A stretch of 64,000 nt of DNA from assembly GCA_028023455.1 (NCBI GenBank), contig JAQFVV010000002.1, positions 6,014,001-6,078,000 on the forward strand, written 5' to 3'. Both the position numbers and the translations under genes were made by a program. Under the pieces are notes generated by a model. The model saw nothing but the letters and a program-made list of their open reading frames with translations, was not told the origin of the DNA and did not search any database. Of this stretch, positions 11,830 to 24,900 are shown piece after piece (the stretch's first letter is position 1; each line of letters starts with the position of its first letter). The DNA is from Epiperipatus broadwayi. Lineage: Eukaryota; Animalia; Onychophora.

Positions 11830-14800
11830 CTAAATGTATATACTGTAATAATTTTAATAATGAGCCATAACAGCAGTTAAAAATCTGATTAATGTTGACA
11901 TAAAAAAGAAATAATTTTGAAATGAAGTTACAATGAGAAATACAGAAATCTATACAAAATCACTAAATCAATGAATGCCATTGGCTGAAATAGCAAAATC
12001 TCTTTCCAAAAGATGCTAATGAATGGTATTATACCACATACATAAAACTTTTTAATGTTTCAGTTTTGAATAAAGCATCAGGTATCTTTATCATGTTTTA
12101 CGAAACATTTGCATTTGTTTTCTTTCTGAAATTTATTCATCTTTATTTTTATTTTATTTTTTGTACACATATAAATATTAATTTTAATCACTAAGCAGAA
12201 AAGTAGTCAAATTGGTCCGAATTCATTTTTTAAAAAAGATCATTTATAAAAATAAAAAAAGGAAAACAATTAGTAAATTAAGATCTGAATATAATATATC
12301 TAAATCCATATACACTATCTTAAAAAATAAGGACAAAAATAATGCACAGATAGTGAACATATTTTGTATAGAGATTAGTTTATAACATCGTGGAATAGAT
12401 AAAACTCTTTTGCTAATATATGTAATCAACAGCAAATGGCAGGTGATAGTATCAATGACAATTATTTCTGAAAAGCCAAATAATTGTTTTATTTGTTAAA
12501 ACTTCTAATATAAGTGCCATTCTTGTGAAAGAATTTATTGTCAGAAAAATATGGTTCCCCAGATTCCAGGAAAAATTGGAATGCGTATTATAATACATGG
12601 TGAGTTATTAATGCAGATAACAATGATGCTGAATGTTGGATCACAAGAAAACAGAACTGAAATTAATAATTAGTAAATTTTAGTTAGTTATATACAAGTT
12701 TATTTATATTTTTAACTCAATGTTTTTAAAAGTTAATTTTTGTTTTTCATTAATCATTTACATAGTTTTCATTTAAATATTGCAATGACGCTACAAAAGA
12801 ATGAAATGCTTTCAATCTTATAATTCTGTTTATATTATCATTTGGTAGAAACTTTCAATGAAATTTAAATTTTGGCATTTTTTATGGTTGGAAACTATTT
12901 AAGTGATAAAAAAATTAATTCCTTATACTGAGTGGTTATCAGAAGCTATTGGAAATCCAAGAGAAAACTAAATAAAACATTATTAAATTTCTACTGAAAT
13001 AAAACTATCCTTGTGTTTGCACCATGTAGGCTTTTCTTAACATCACAAAAAAAGGTTTAAATTTTACTTATTATCATTTTTTGTTTTGTAACATTACTAA
13101 ATATTCATTTATTAACTCTTTCTTGACAAATTGCCACTAAAGATAAATTTCTTAAATCATGATGTTACTCAAGATAGTCAACAAATTAAAAACTCTATAA
13201 TACACAAGTCAATTATAGAACGTATATTGCAAAATAATGGCAGTGTTGTTCAAATTTTTATTTATAAAGCAGCAAAAAAATTATATTTCAAGGTTATTTC
13301 ATTTCTAAGATATTATTATAAATAAATATATAATATATTTTGTTTTTATAATTATTATGTTTTGTAAGGTTTTAAACCTATAACATGAGAATCAAGCAAA
13401 AAAAAAAAAAGTCATTCTAGTTAAGGTTATATTTTTCTCATTATTGTAGTCATAACTTAAAACTAATTTTAATAATAAATATTAAAAATTTGATTTTAAT
13501 TTGCCAAAAAATTTTTTCAAACTAAAGGTAACATACATGAAAGAGAAAATTTTGCATTAATTTTGTTATGTTAGTAGGCCAGGAAAAATTAACCATTCAA
13601 CATGTTGACAATTCTTTTGTTTTCCTTGGTGATGATTTTTATCATTCAATATTTGATTTTAATATTTAACTGTTATTTTATATGAGAATTCAATAAACTG
13701 AGCTTGATTTGTCAGAAATATAAATTTAAAAGAAAAACATCCCAAAACTATTTTGCAAATATACAAAAATACTTATTGAATGATTATTACAATGTTGGCG
13801 AAAAAAATAAACTAACAAATATTTTTGTATAAACTTCATTTGTAAAACATGATCAAACTATTGTTAAATCATCATAAATATCTGAAATTCTATTCTAAAA
13901 TTTAAAGTTATATTTTTAATTATTAAAATATCACAAAAATTGTGTATTATATGTTTACAAACCATCATCACCAATCATAATGTCCTTTTTATCATTATAA
14001 CAAATTTCTTTAATTCTTTTTTTAAAAAAAAAAAAAACACATTCAACTAATATCAAAATGAAATTATGTACTTTTATTTTTAATAATTATTATAAAAAAT
14101 AATTTACAAAAATAATCATGATATTTAAATAAGTAATGGAAAATATACCTTTTTTATTGCTTATCGCTATCAACAATAGGAAAAAAGTTTGAATCTAACA
14201 ATCATTTATATTGTAGAAGGATTTGGATTCTTTATAGTTTACCTTAAGCATATATAAGGATTTTTTCCTTAAATATATATTTTAACCTGAAAGCTGAAAT
14301 TAAATCCTTTGATCAACTTTTTTATTATTATTCTTTTTTTTTTTTTATTTGCAAAGTTGATATTTTATTTTTAAGATTATTATTGTTTTTTTTTTTTTAA
14401 CTTATGCCTTTAACAAAATTTAATAAAGCTTAAAAATTTGATTAAAACATTATTAATTTTTTTAAAAAGTTATAATGAGCAAATGATATAATGAATGAGT
14501 TTTTTGAATAATGTGCTAGACTTTGCTTTTGTTTCTTTCAACATTTAGAATTCCAGTGAAGATAAAACTTATTTAGTGAATTATAATATAGAAAAATTAT
14601 TCTCACTTCAGAAAGAACTCAAAGATTAGTAGTCTAAATACACTTTTATTTGGAGAATAATCTGGTTTTACAGAATAACAAAACTCAGTGACATGAAAAC
14701 TAGTATTATAGTAAAAGATTAAAAAAAGATATCAATGTTCGTTTTGATGAAATTGAGAAGAATAATTTTGAGATATTTTTGCAAGTAAAAAAAGATACAA

Positions 14801-14891
14801 ATCTACTATCAAGATCATTTCTTTGAATAATTCTCAGCTTTGTGTTGAATTTATTAGCAATAAATATATCAATCAATTTCTTTCTAAACCA

Positions 14892-15043
14892 AGAATTCTT
14901 TATTAAAATTATTACGATTAAGCTTTGGTGTAATTCTATGTTAAATTCTTCAGATTTTTCATATTGTTTAGAATTCTTTATTAAAATTATTACGATTAAG
15001 CTTTGGTGTAATTCTATGTTAAATTCTTCAGATTTTTCATATT
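14892..15043. repeat. 78-bp tandem duplication
   Basis: agaattctttattaaaattattacgattaagctttggtg...gatttttcatatt starts at both 14892 and 14970. Confidence 0.95.
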
Positions 15044-16788
15044 TTATTTTTAAAAAACTAAGTTAACAATTTTATCAAAAACACTGACAAAATAATTTCA
15101 TCTGAATAATTGAGAGAAAATTTAATCAATAAAAATCTTTAAAAAATAATTTCTGCTAAATGTGATGTTGGTGTAAAGATAACACTAATGACTATTTCTG
15201 CTAAATGTGTTGAAGTTGGCATAAAAGCAGCAATACTAAATTGTGATGATGCAACATTAAAAAAAAAGTAACACAAAAAAATTATTAAATTATCAAGTTT
15301 GCACATAGGATCAATGATGATATTCATAATTTTAAAAAATTATTTCTTTTAAACAATGTGAGTATATGTAATAATTTTTAATGATTAGATTTTGTTTTCT
15401 CACTACTATTTTAGTTACAAAAACAGTCCAGAGATTTGTGATAAAATTTACATCTACAAAAACATTTATAAAACATGTAGTGAATTCTTTTATTAAATTT
15501 ATATTCTATAAACATTTAAAAATTTAGTTACAATATATATTTATTATCTTCTATGCAAGGTAATCTCTCATGGGCTATAGAAAACATCACAAATATGCCT
15601 GTGAATGTAATTTTCCATGTCTCTTGACAGAACATATTTCTCATCTCTTCTACACCAGCATTACCAGAAAAAGATTCAATAATCTAAGTTGACATTTGCT
15701 AACTGCACAAATTGCTTTAAAATGATTTTTAATGACACTCTTCAACTACTGTTGCCAACTAGACTTGTTCTTATGCAGACCAACTATATGTATGCAACCT
15801 AAGGCCATGCATATCTGAAATATATTCAACTAATAAGATGACTGCAATAACATTACAGTTTCCATTACATTTCTATTAAATATGAAATATGGTTTAATAA
15901 ATATCTTCTAGCAATTGTACTTGCTCATAAATCTCATGCAACTTACATGTGACTGACTGCTAATTTTTATTAATTTGGCAAAAAATTTATACTGATTAAT
16001 TTTCATGTTGATCAGACTTCATTCTATATAGTATGATTTGCACATTGAATGATTAATATTAATACCAAGTATAAGATAAAAAGTTATGCTTATTGAGAAT
16101 CTATTACTTTCAGTAATCAAATAATACAGAAAGTAAATATTTTGCTATTATCATCCTTGTTATATAGTTTAATGTTAAGGATAAAGTTCAGAATTTATAT
16201 ACATATATATGTATGTTTTTTTAGAAAAAATAAATAATATGCTTTAAAATTTCTTAAGTTTACAATATAAAAAAAAACCTCAAGTCCATTTGATTAATTT
16301 TTACATTAAAATTTATTATGATGCATATAAAATTGCAATTATATCATATGGAGTTCACAAAATTAATTAAAAATAGTACTATTAAAGTTTAGTCAAAAAG
16401 TTAAATACATATATAGGATACAAAAAAATTTATTGCCATAGCTTTTTAAACAAAATAGCTTGTAGGCATTTTAGAATTTTCTGCTTTACTAAAAATAAAT
16501 GTGAATAGTTCTTGTAAAAATAATCTTGGATATTTTATTATTATTCTTTTAAAACACTGATTTGTTAAGTGACAATCTAAGCAGATCGTTCAACATTAAA
16601 ATACTAAATTATTATAGTTTTTTGAAATTTTTTTACCTACAGAGAGGTGGAAATGATCAGATAAACATTTATCTTTAAGTGCCCTGTTTGAGGGCACTTA
16701 ATTTTCTCGATCAGAAAATACAGAAGTCAAACAGAATTATGAAATCGCATAGCGACCATAATGTTAGAATGTATTTGATAAGCTTATC

Positions 16789-18713
16789 ATGAGCCCTCAA
16801 AAAGAAACAATAGAAAATACTTCCAGTAAAACCAATCAAGTCAACTTCTTACTTAACGAAACCTCTTTAAGCCAAATGATTGACAAAGAATTAATATTAC
16901 AAGATCCCTTTGGAGATATAAATAAAAATGCAAAGTCTCAATCTCTTTCCGACAAATTTACATTGTCACAACAAAGTAAACAAAAAAATAGATTCGTTTT
17001 CCAATACAATAAACCGTGATCGAAGTTACAGCCAAGCACTAATTACAAAAACCTTATTTACTAGAATTTCCCAGTCTTAAACCCAACTCCAACATAGAAA
17101 GATTACAGTTCTGTAATAACACAACGTTAAACCATAATATTACAAAATACATTATGTCCAAAAATTCAAACAAGCAATCAATCATATGCGATAGTACTTA
17201 ACAAAAACAAAACTAAAACTACAAGTTTAATAACAGGTCAATCTACCATACAATCAAACATTCTCGATTTTGTGGAAGATGAACATTACTTATCCAACAA
17301 TAAAGAACATAGACCCCAAGCATTTCCTCAAAACTCACAAACAACCATGAATAATTATCATGAGATAAGCCAGGAATTCAATTCCAGAATACCTCCACCT
17401 TTGTTCAACTCTTTCTTACATTACCATAGTGATCTTACTTTAATCTTAACCACTTCTAATGATTACTGCAACTTGTTCTCATTCCCTACAGACGACTTTT
17501 TTGAACTCCTCAAAAGTCAACAATTAAGTGATTCAGTAAAAAGAATATATCTTCATCCGAACAAAAGATACTTAGTAATAGAGTTTTACAATATATTACA
17601 AAAAGAACAATTTAAAAGAAACCAACTTTACCTCAAAAATAGATATCTCATAAAAAATAGACATGAACAAACCCAGAATTATTCATGCATTAGCACGAAA
17701 TTGCTATCTAAACTTTAATCAAAATGACCTTCAACGACTTCTAGCTAAATTTGGAAATATTACAAATTTCAAATACATAACAGAAAAGTGAGAAGACATT
17801 GAACTGCCCTCAAACAGTGCAGCCTTCTCACTTAAATTAAACCCAGATTATTCTCCACTAGACATTATTGTTACACTAGATAAAGCAAAATGTCCAATTT
17901 TCATCTCGATTCGCGGTGTGCAGCCTCAGTGTTTCAGCTGTGGGGAACGTACTCTTTGTAAAGGTATGTCCAAAAAGAATATGTGCTCACTGCAATTTAA
18001 AAGATGTCTAGAAATCATAAATGTCCACAAAAAGCCCTAAACCCTCAATTCATATCAATTCAACAGACAACTAATACAAGCGATAATTAACAAGATCAAT
18101 CAATGAAGACAATATTGAAATCACACAAACATTAACAGATGCCATAACCCAAGAGAAAACAAAAGAAGGCTGGGTGAACAGTATTACATTGCAACATACC
18201 CACACAGCTTTCGAAAACTATTTACCAACTGGATCAAAACATGAAATAGTAGAAACACAGCTACATCAAGAACAACAAACAATAATTAAGCAACAAATAC
18301 CAAAGCAACCATCATCTCTATAAACTAATCCGAAAGGTCAAACAACACTGAACAACAAAAGAAAAACACAAGATTCATCTGAATCACAGCATGATGAAAC
18401 AACCAACTCAACTGCAGAATCTGATCTTGATACCAACTACTCGCAAAACTCTTCAAACAAAGCATTCAAAAGTAGAAGTAAGCAAGAAAAGAAGAGAACA
18501 AAAACAAATGAGTCTCAGAATAGCTCAACAGAGAACCAATCTACAGATTCACTAAGTACAATATCTCAAAAAAAAAAAAAAAAAGATCAACTCAAATATA
18601 AATTCTCAAAACAAAGCACTAGACCAAGGTCAAACAAAAACAACAGTATCAAATTGGGATATTCTGACTCAAATAGCACAAGTACTCGAGGATCAACTAA
18701 TCTTATTGGGTGA
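16789..18713 (+). pseudogene. LINE ORF1 (gag-like: RRM-like region, two CCHC knuckles, low-complexity tail), frameshifted
   Basis: Pieces include VKRIYLHPNKRYLVIEF, NDLQRLLAKFGNITNFKYI, QPQCFSCGER...CPKRICAHCNLK...HKCPQ (~17925-18030) and a Ser/Thr/Lys-rich tail ending LIG-TGA at 18711-18713. The RRM call is inference. Confidence 0.75.
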
Positions 18714-21700
18714 TGAGTTCTCAGAAGAATAAAGCCATCTCCACACCTATACATAATCAAACAATACATTTAAAAATTGCAAGAATTAACATGAGGGGGC
18801 TCAATTCACTGGATCAGGTACATGCAATCAGAAACTGGTTGAACAAATCAAACTTACACATTGTATGTTTTTCCGAGACCAAGCTACATTTTCAGTCCAA
18901 TATTAAAATACAGCAATTAATGCAGCAACATGGTTATTTCCAGTATCTACCCTCGAATACAGCTTCTTCTGAAGTGGCATTCCTAATCAATAAAAATCTG
19001 GAACATCAGCAACTAAGAACTCTTCACATTAGCAAAGAACTTCTATTTATTAATATTACCATTAATAATAACCCCATAAACATAATTTACCTTTATCTCA
19101 AGAATGATACTAATCTAATTCATACAGTTATTAATAAAATCAATGCCTTGCTTTCATCCAATAATTCACCCTCAATCTGCTTTGAGGATTTTAACATCAG
19201 TTTACTAACAAATACCTCCATTTATTCAACAAAGTTTTGCTATGTGGAGGTTTCTTTCCTCCTCAATCACTCTCATTTTACACACAACACAAGCAATAGC
19301 TAATTGATCTCTTTTATTCCCCTGAACTTCATTATAACCTGCATGCCAAGCTGCAATTAGTGCCATTCTCAGACCACCTTGCTATAAAAATCTCACTACA
19401 ACTAGACACCAACCCGATAAGTCTTTCAGACCACACAAAAACTATAAGACTTTTGAACAAAGCCAGAACACCGGAATGGATATTCTCAGAAGCATATATG
19501 CTTCTAAATAAAATACAAGTACTTAATTTGCCACCTGTGCAAGCATGGTCTGCTTTCATAGAAATCTTGAGCACCCTCATTAACTTCACACAAAAAGATC
19601 TAGGGGACCAAATCAACTTCTAAAAGAAGTTGATTCAATTAGTAATAGGCTAAGTTCACTACCCCCCTCAAGTACCAAAATTCAAAAAATACTGGAATTA
19701 AAAACTCAATATCACGAAAAAACAAAAAGCTCTAGCTCAATACATTGTTACAAAGAGATCCGAAATCTGTTTGGCAAATAGTCATAACTGGACTAGAAGC
19801 TACATTCGATGGGCACTTGGATCGGCTGCTAGACCAACACTGTCTACGATTATCATTAACAGCAAGTGCTATAGTGGACCAGAAATGTTGGAGAGAAATT
19901 CATTCTCACTTCAAAACAAAGTTACAAAACAATACATTTCAAACAGGAAACATATGGAATTATACCACAACCAATCATAATCACAACATAAATGAAGCCC
20001 AAATATTGCAAAAGCTATAGGCATTTTCTGAAAGCACTCATCCTGGCCTTCATGCAATCCCTAAATTTGTATTATTACACCTTAGTCACTACACTATTCC
20101 CATAGTCAAGAAGATGATTGACATGCTGGCTGAAGACTTTCAGAACATTCCAGATTTGAACTCAGTGGCACTGGTCCCTTTTCTCAAAAAAACAAGAAAA
20201 TCTATCTAGTCTCAACAATCTATGACCAATTTCTATAATACCATTGCTAATTAAGACAATTGAATCCTTAATCAAGGACCGGATTCAACCCCAACTCTAC
20301 TCACATATTTCATCTTTTCAATTTGCCCAAAAAGGATCATCCACCATTGATGCAGTTCAGCACTTTCTTTTACTAACTGAACACATCAGACAAACCAATA
20401 AGTCAAAGCCACTGGTCGTACAACTGGACTTCTCAGCATTTGACTCGGTAATACCATCCATACTGGTCCAGACGATGCGGGAGTATCAGGTGCCTGATGT
20501 GTACATCAGAATAATAACAAACCTTTTACTAAATCGTTCCATATTTACTTCTTTAGATGGAAGGTTGTCTACAGGTTTTAGACCTCATATCTCAATTCCA
20601 CAGGGTTCTCCCCTAGCATTACTATGTTTTATAACTAATATCAACCCCAAGCTCAAGAACATCGAGAATATCTTGCCAGGCATTTATGTTCCCACCATCA
20701 AAAAAAAACAAATCAACCATACCTCCTATGTGGACGATGTTACCATTTTTCTTCCCAGCGAAACTCATCTTCCAACACTCTTCACAATTATTGACAAGCA
20801 TACCAAAATTTTAAACTTCCAAATTAACAATAGTAAATCTTCCATCTGGAGAATTAAAACAGGAACAACAATTCCATCCAGATTCACTGCCACACCACAT
20901 CTTTTCTTAGGATTCCCCATGGCAAAAACAAAAACTATCATGACTAGAGAAATTCAAAATTCAATCCTTCAAAAAACCAATAAAACAATCAACACTCTCT
21001 CTAGTATTTTGCTTTCAATTCCTGGTAAAATTACACTCCTGAACATGCTAGTGTTTTCAAGACTCAATCACTACCTACCAATCATCAAGCCTACTAAAAT
21101 CTTCGGTAAACAAATAGGCTCATTATGTACTAAGCTACTGTGGAAAAGGAAGGTTGTGGCCATAAGCTTGGCAAAGGCCCAAATACTTAGAGAACTAAAT
21201 GGTCTTGGACTACACTCGATTGCTACATTATACTTGCAAAAATCACTAAATATGCTACACAACTATTCACTGGAAATGGACTACACAAATTTAATCCAAG
21301 AATTTCAACCTACTGACACGTCACCTCCCCATAGTAAAAGATGGTTGACTGACATCTGGATGCATGTCAATAGCTGTATAAACTTAATTCCAAACATCCT
21401 CAATGAAAAAAAGTCCTACTGGGAAATGTATGGCTAAAGAAAGATTGTCCCTCAGTTCTCCATAATGCTCTTGGATTAAACAACAAATTATTGATCAAAA
21501 AAGCCAAACACTGGTTTCTGGAACCCAAATTTATTGATTTTCTTCTGAAATTAAATATCTCATCACTACCCACTAATCAGTTCCTCGTAATAAAAATGGG
21601 TTTTAACAAAATTAGCTCTCAATGTCAACTCTTTCAGAGGGATGAGGAAACAATTCAACACATTTTCCTAGATTGTCCATCACTCAGCATCCTTAGGTCT

Positions 21701-21958
21701 TTCATTGACGAAAAGATAAAACGCTATTCTACAGACACATTCTTAATCCAGGAAGCAATTAAAGCTGGCAATTTCACTAACATTAGATTAGCAATTTTCA
21801 TATCCTTTGCCATCTGGCTAACGAGATGCAATTTTGTTCTGGTCAATGCGAACACCAGTACTCTTCAAGCATTTAAAACCTTCATCAGAGATAAAATGCT
21901 TGCTCAGGATTGGCTGCATCAACAAACCTGGGCCGGCACCTCCATGTTAGTTCACTGA
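18713..21958 (+). pseudogene. LINE ORF2: AP endonuclease, reverse transcriptase and C-terminal Cys/His motif, broken by frameshifts and stops
   Basis: APE: INMRGLN, FSETK, EDFNIS, PFSDH. RT: QLDFSAFDSV, PQGSPLALL, YVDDVTI, FLG. C-terminal CQLFQRDEETIQHIFLDCP. The NxRGLN start is typical of the L1/Tx1 clade. Confidence 0.92.
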
Positions 21959-24900
21959 TTATTGCAAAGATATCAATGATCAAATTTGAGTCTCGCCTCA
22001 TCAATGCAATACCAAAGCATCAATGCAATACCAAAATGAGCTCAGTCATATATGAGAACTCTACCAAACTATCTAATGACTACCAATTAGCGGATTGATC
22101 ACACCATTTACCTCAACAATAAAAGTTAACATTTAATCATGAACTGAATGGCTTAACTTATAAAAAAGTGACGGACAGATCTCAAGATACTTAGGCTCAT
22201 CACTGACCTTGCCAGCGTTCTCCCAACCCACTTAGCCTCTGCTTCACATCTTGATTTTTAACTTATACTCATTATAAATTTTGATGTGCCTTTCAATGCT
22301 CAAAGAGGCATGCATAATTGTTCAACTGGGACAAAGTATGGACCAATCTAGAATTCTACTGAAGTGTTGATTCAACAATCATGTAAGTATTCACTTCTCA
22401 TTTAGCTATGGACATTGCTTGGTATTCATGTAATCATCATTGTATAAATTTGTATCAATTGTTTAAATAAATCATTATTTTTTTTAAAAAAAAAACAACA
22501 ACACTGATTTGTTACATTTTCATTTTTACATGGATTCTATTATATGACATGATAAATATACAATGTATAAATTTATATTTTGCAAACCATCTGTCTTCTT
22601 TAACAATAGATCAGATGAAAAAGATAGTGATGTTTAGCTAGAATGCATACCATAATAAATTTCATTATTAATTTATCATTTTATTATTAATAATAAATAT
22701 TGATTTAATTAAATAAATAAATTTGATTCAGTGATCATTTTAATTAGGCATACTTAGCAACCACATACTAATTTACATCTTATATTTCTTGCATTAAATA
22801 ATTATGAAACAAACAAGAACCCAGCAATTGGATTGGTGTGTATATTGTTATATATTACTTTATTTTATATATTTGGTATATTTAATTATTATTTAATATA
22901 GGATCAACTAATATTTAATAAATCAATTCTTGGTAATCTCTATAGGTACATATTTAAATATATAAATCTAAAGTACTTATACAAATGGCCTTTATTTAAA
23001 CAGATTTTGATAATATACTTAATTTAATAATATGTCAACAAAATCCTAAAAGATATTTTAATATTTTATATATGATATATTGATAAATAAATTTAAAGGT
23101 GAATCAATTAATTTTTTTTTTGGTTTATAATTGAGAAATAAATAATTCTATCAAAGGAATATAAATTTAAGTGATATTAGTATTATTATTAATAGTAGTA
23201 AATATATCATTATACAAATTCATAGGCTAATATAATTTTATAGATATTAGGATAACCATTTATCTAATATTTTAGATACAGTATTTCAACAGGAAATATG
23301 TATTTTAAATTATTCAGTCTTGAATTATAGTTAAAGTGTTATTTTAGATTGAGATGGCTTAAGTGATTTTAGTTATAGATTTAGCAACTGATCATAAGAT
23401 CATTATCGATATTTTAATAGTCATTTAGAGTATATATTTTATATAAAATTATATTTGAGCTAGTCTAATGAATTTTAGGGCATAAATATTTTGGTATATT
23501 CAGAGTAAATAAGGGCTATTATAGTTAGATGTTATTCTATGATTTTAAATTATTATTCCTCAGATATCTATTATTACAATTTATTATTTAACTAAGGAGA
23601 ATATTTATAAAATTAATAACTGGTACGTTAAGACCAAGACCGATATTTTATCATATTAACTATTATGACTTAGTTCATTCAAACTTGAGAGTTGTTAATA
23701 TGGTAAATGTTAATTAGATGATTAAGTTTCTGATATTCACACAAGCTTAAGAATAGATTTGTAACAACATAATGCATATTATAGTCAGTTACAATTTGAT
23801 GTTCTACAATTTGGTGAGCTAATATTTAAGCTTTGTTGAGTAAAACATAGTATGTTACAATATATCTGTATACTATTGATACAAGAAAAAGCTATTAATA
23901 TATAAACTTATAAAAAGGGAAATGTGTGACTATACTTATATACATATATATATATACTTCTTTACTTTTTCACTAAATTGCAGAGAAATATGAATAACTG
24001 GCATACACTTGAAAACATGATATTAATATTCAAGCATAAATATTTATATTAATTGATTATGATTAAGTCTATCACTTTTAATGTGATATTGAACAAATGA
24101 CTTTTTAAAAAATATTTATAACATTTTTAAAAACTAATCACAAAGCCATGATGCTAATGTGTATTCTTAATAAGAGGATAGCATGAAGTATATATATATC
24201 ATTTTTCTACATTCACCAATATGCTTTCTTTTATCCTAAAATGAGTACCATAGAAATGCATATTATATTTTGCAGCACAATTATTTTTGCCATTTTTTTT
24301 TTCTCATCTATGAATGACAAATCATGGGCTCAAGGTAATATTTTTCCAAGTGGATAATTTGTTCATTTGTTTTTTTAATTTGAAATGAAATTTTTATTTT
24401 ATTAAAAAAAAAAAAAAAACTTTCTTTTATAATTTTTTTTTTTTAGAAAAACTAATTTTGTTTTTTTTAATCACCATCTTCTGCTTTTCTTAACAGAATA
24501 GCAAAACAATTAAATCTTTATAACAATTTAAAAAAACTACATTTTAAGAAATTCTTGGAAGAAAAAATGTCCAAAGCCAATAAATAAAAATTTCATTTAT
24601 TAATATTTTTATAAAATCAAAAATAAATTATCTTTTATAATAAATTAATGATTAAATAAAACTATTAATTATCATGATAATTAAAATTAATTCTTTTTTT
24701 TATAATGTAAACAATTACTGTGAAATTAAAATCATATGTACTGTACTTTATATATATACACACACACATTTTACAAATTATACATATGCAATGTTTTGAA
24801 TTGTAATATCTAAGTTGTACAAAAAACTAATAGTTAAAATGTATTTCACATGTACAGTTATTTCAATGGACAATCATTGCATAGTTTTTTTATTTATAAT

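Larger units (their letters stand above)
16568..22499 (+). mobile_element. Full-length (5.9 kb), inactivated L1/Tx1-like non-LTR retrotransposon
   Basis: 15-bp TSD AACACTGATTTGTTA at 16553-16567 and 22500-22514. AATAAA and an A-rich/AAC tail at ~22466-22499. ORF1 and ORF2 remnants are in order. Confidence 0.92.

Noticed and set aside
14842-15066. ORF with an internal peptide repeat
   Set aside because: Product of the 78-bp DNA duplication, with no protein signal.
15600-15950. Possible Gypsy integrase H2C2 remnant on the minus strand
   Set aside because: Needs several frameshifts and matches too few residues.
22900-23950. Possible ancient CR1/L2 RT on the plus strand
   Set aside because: Only faint motif order is visible and it cannot be supported by eye.
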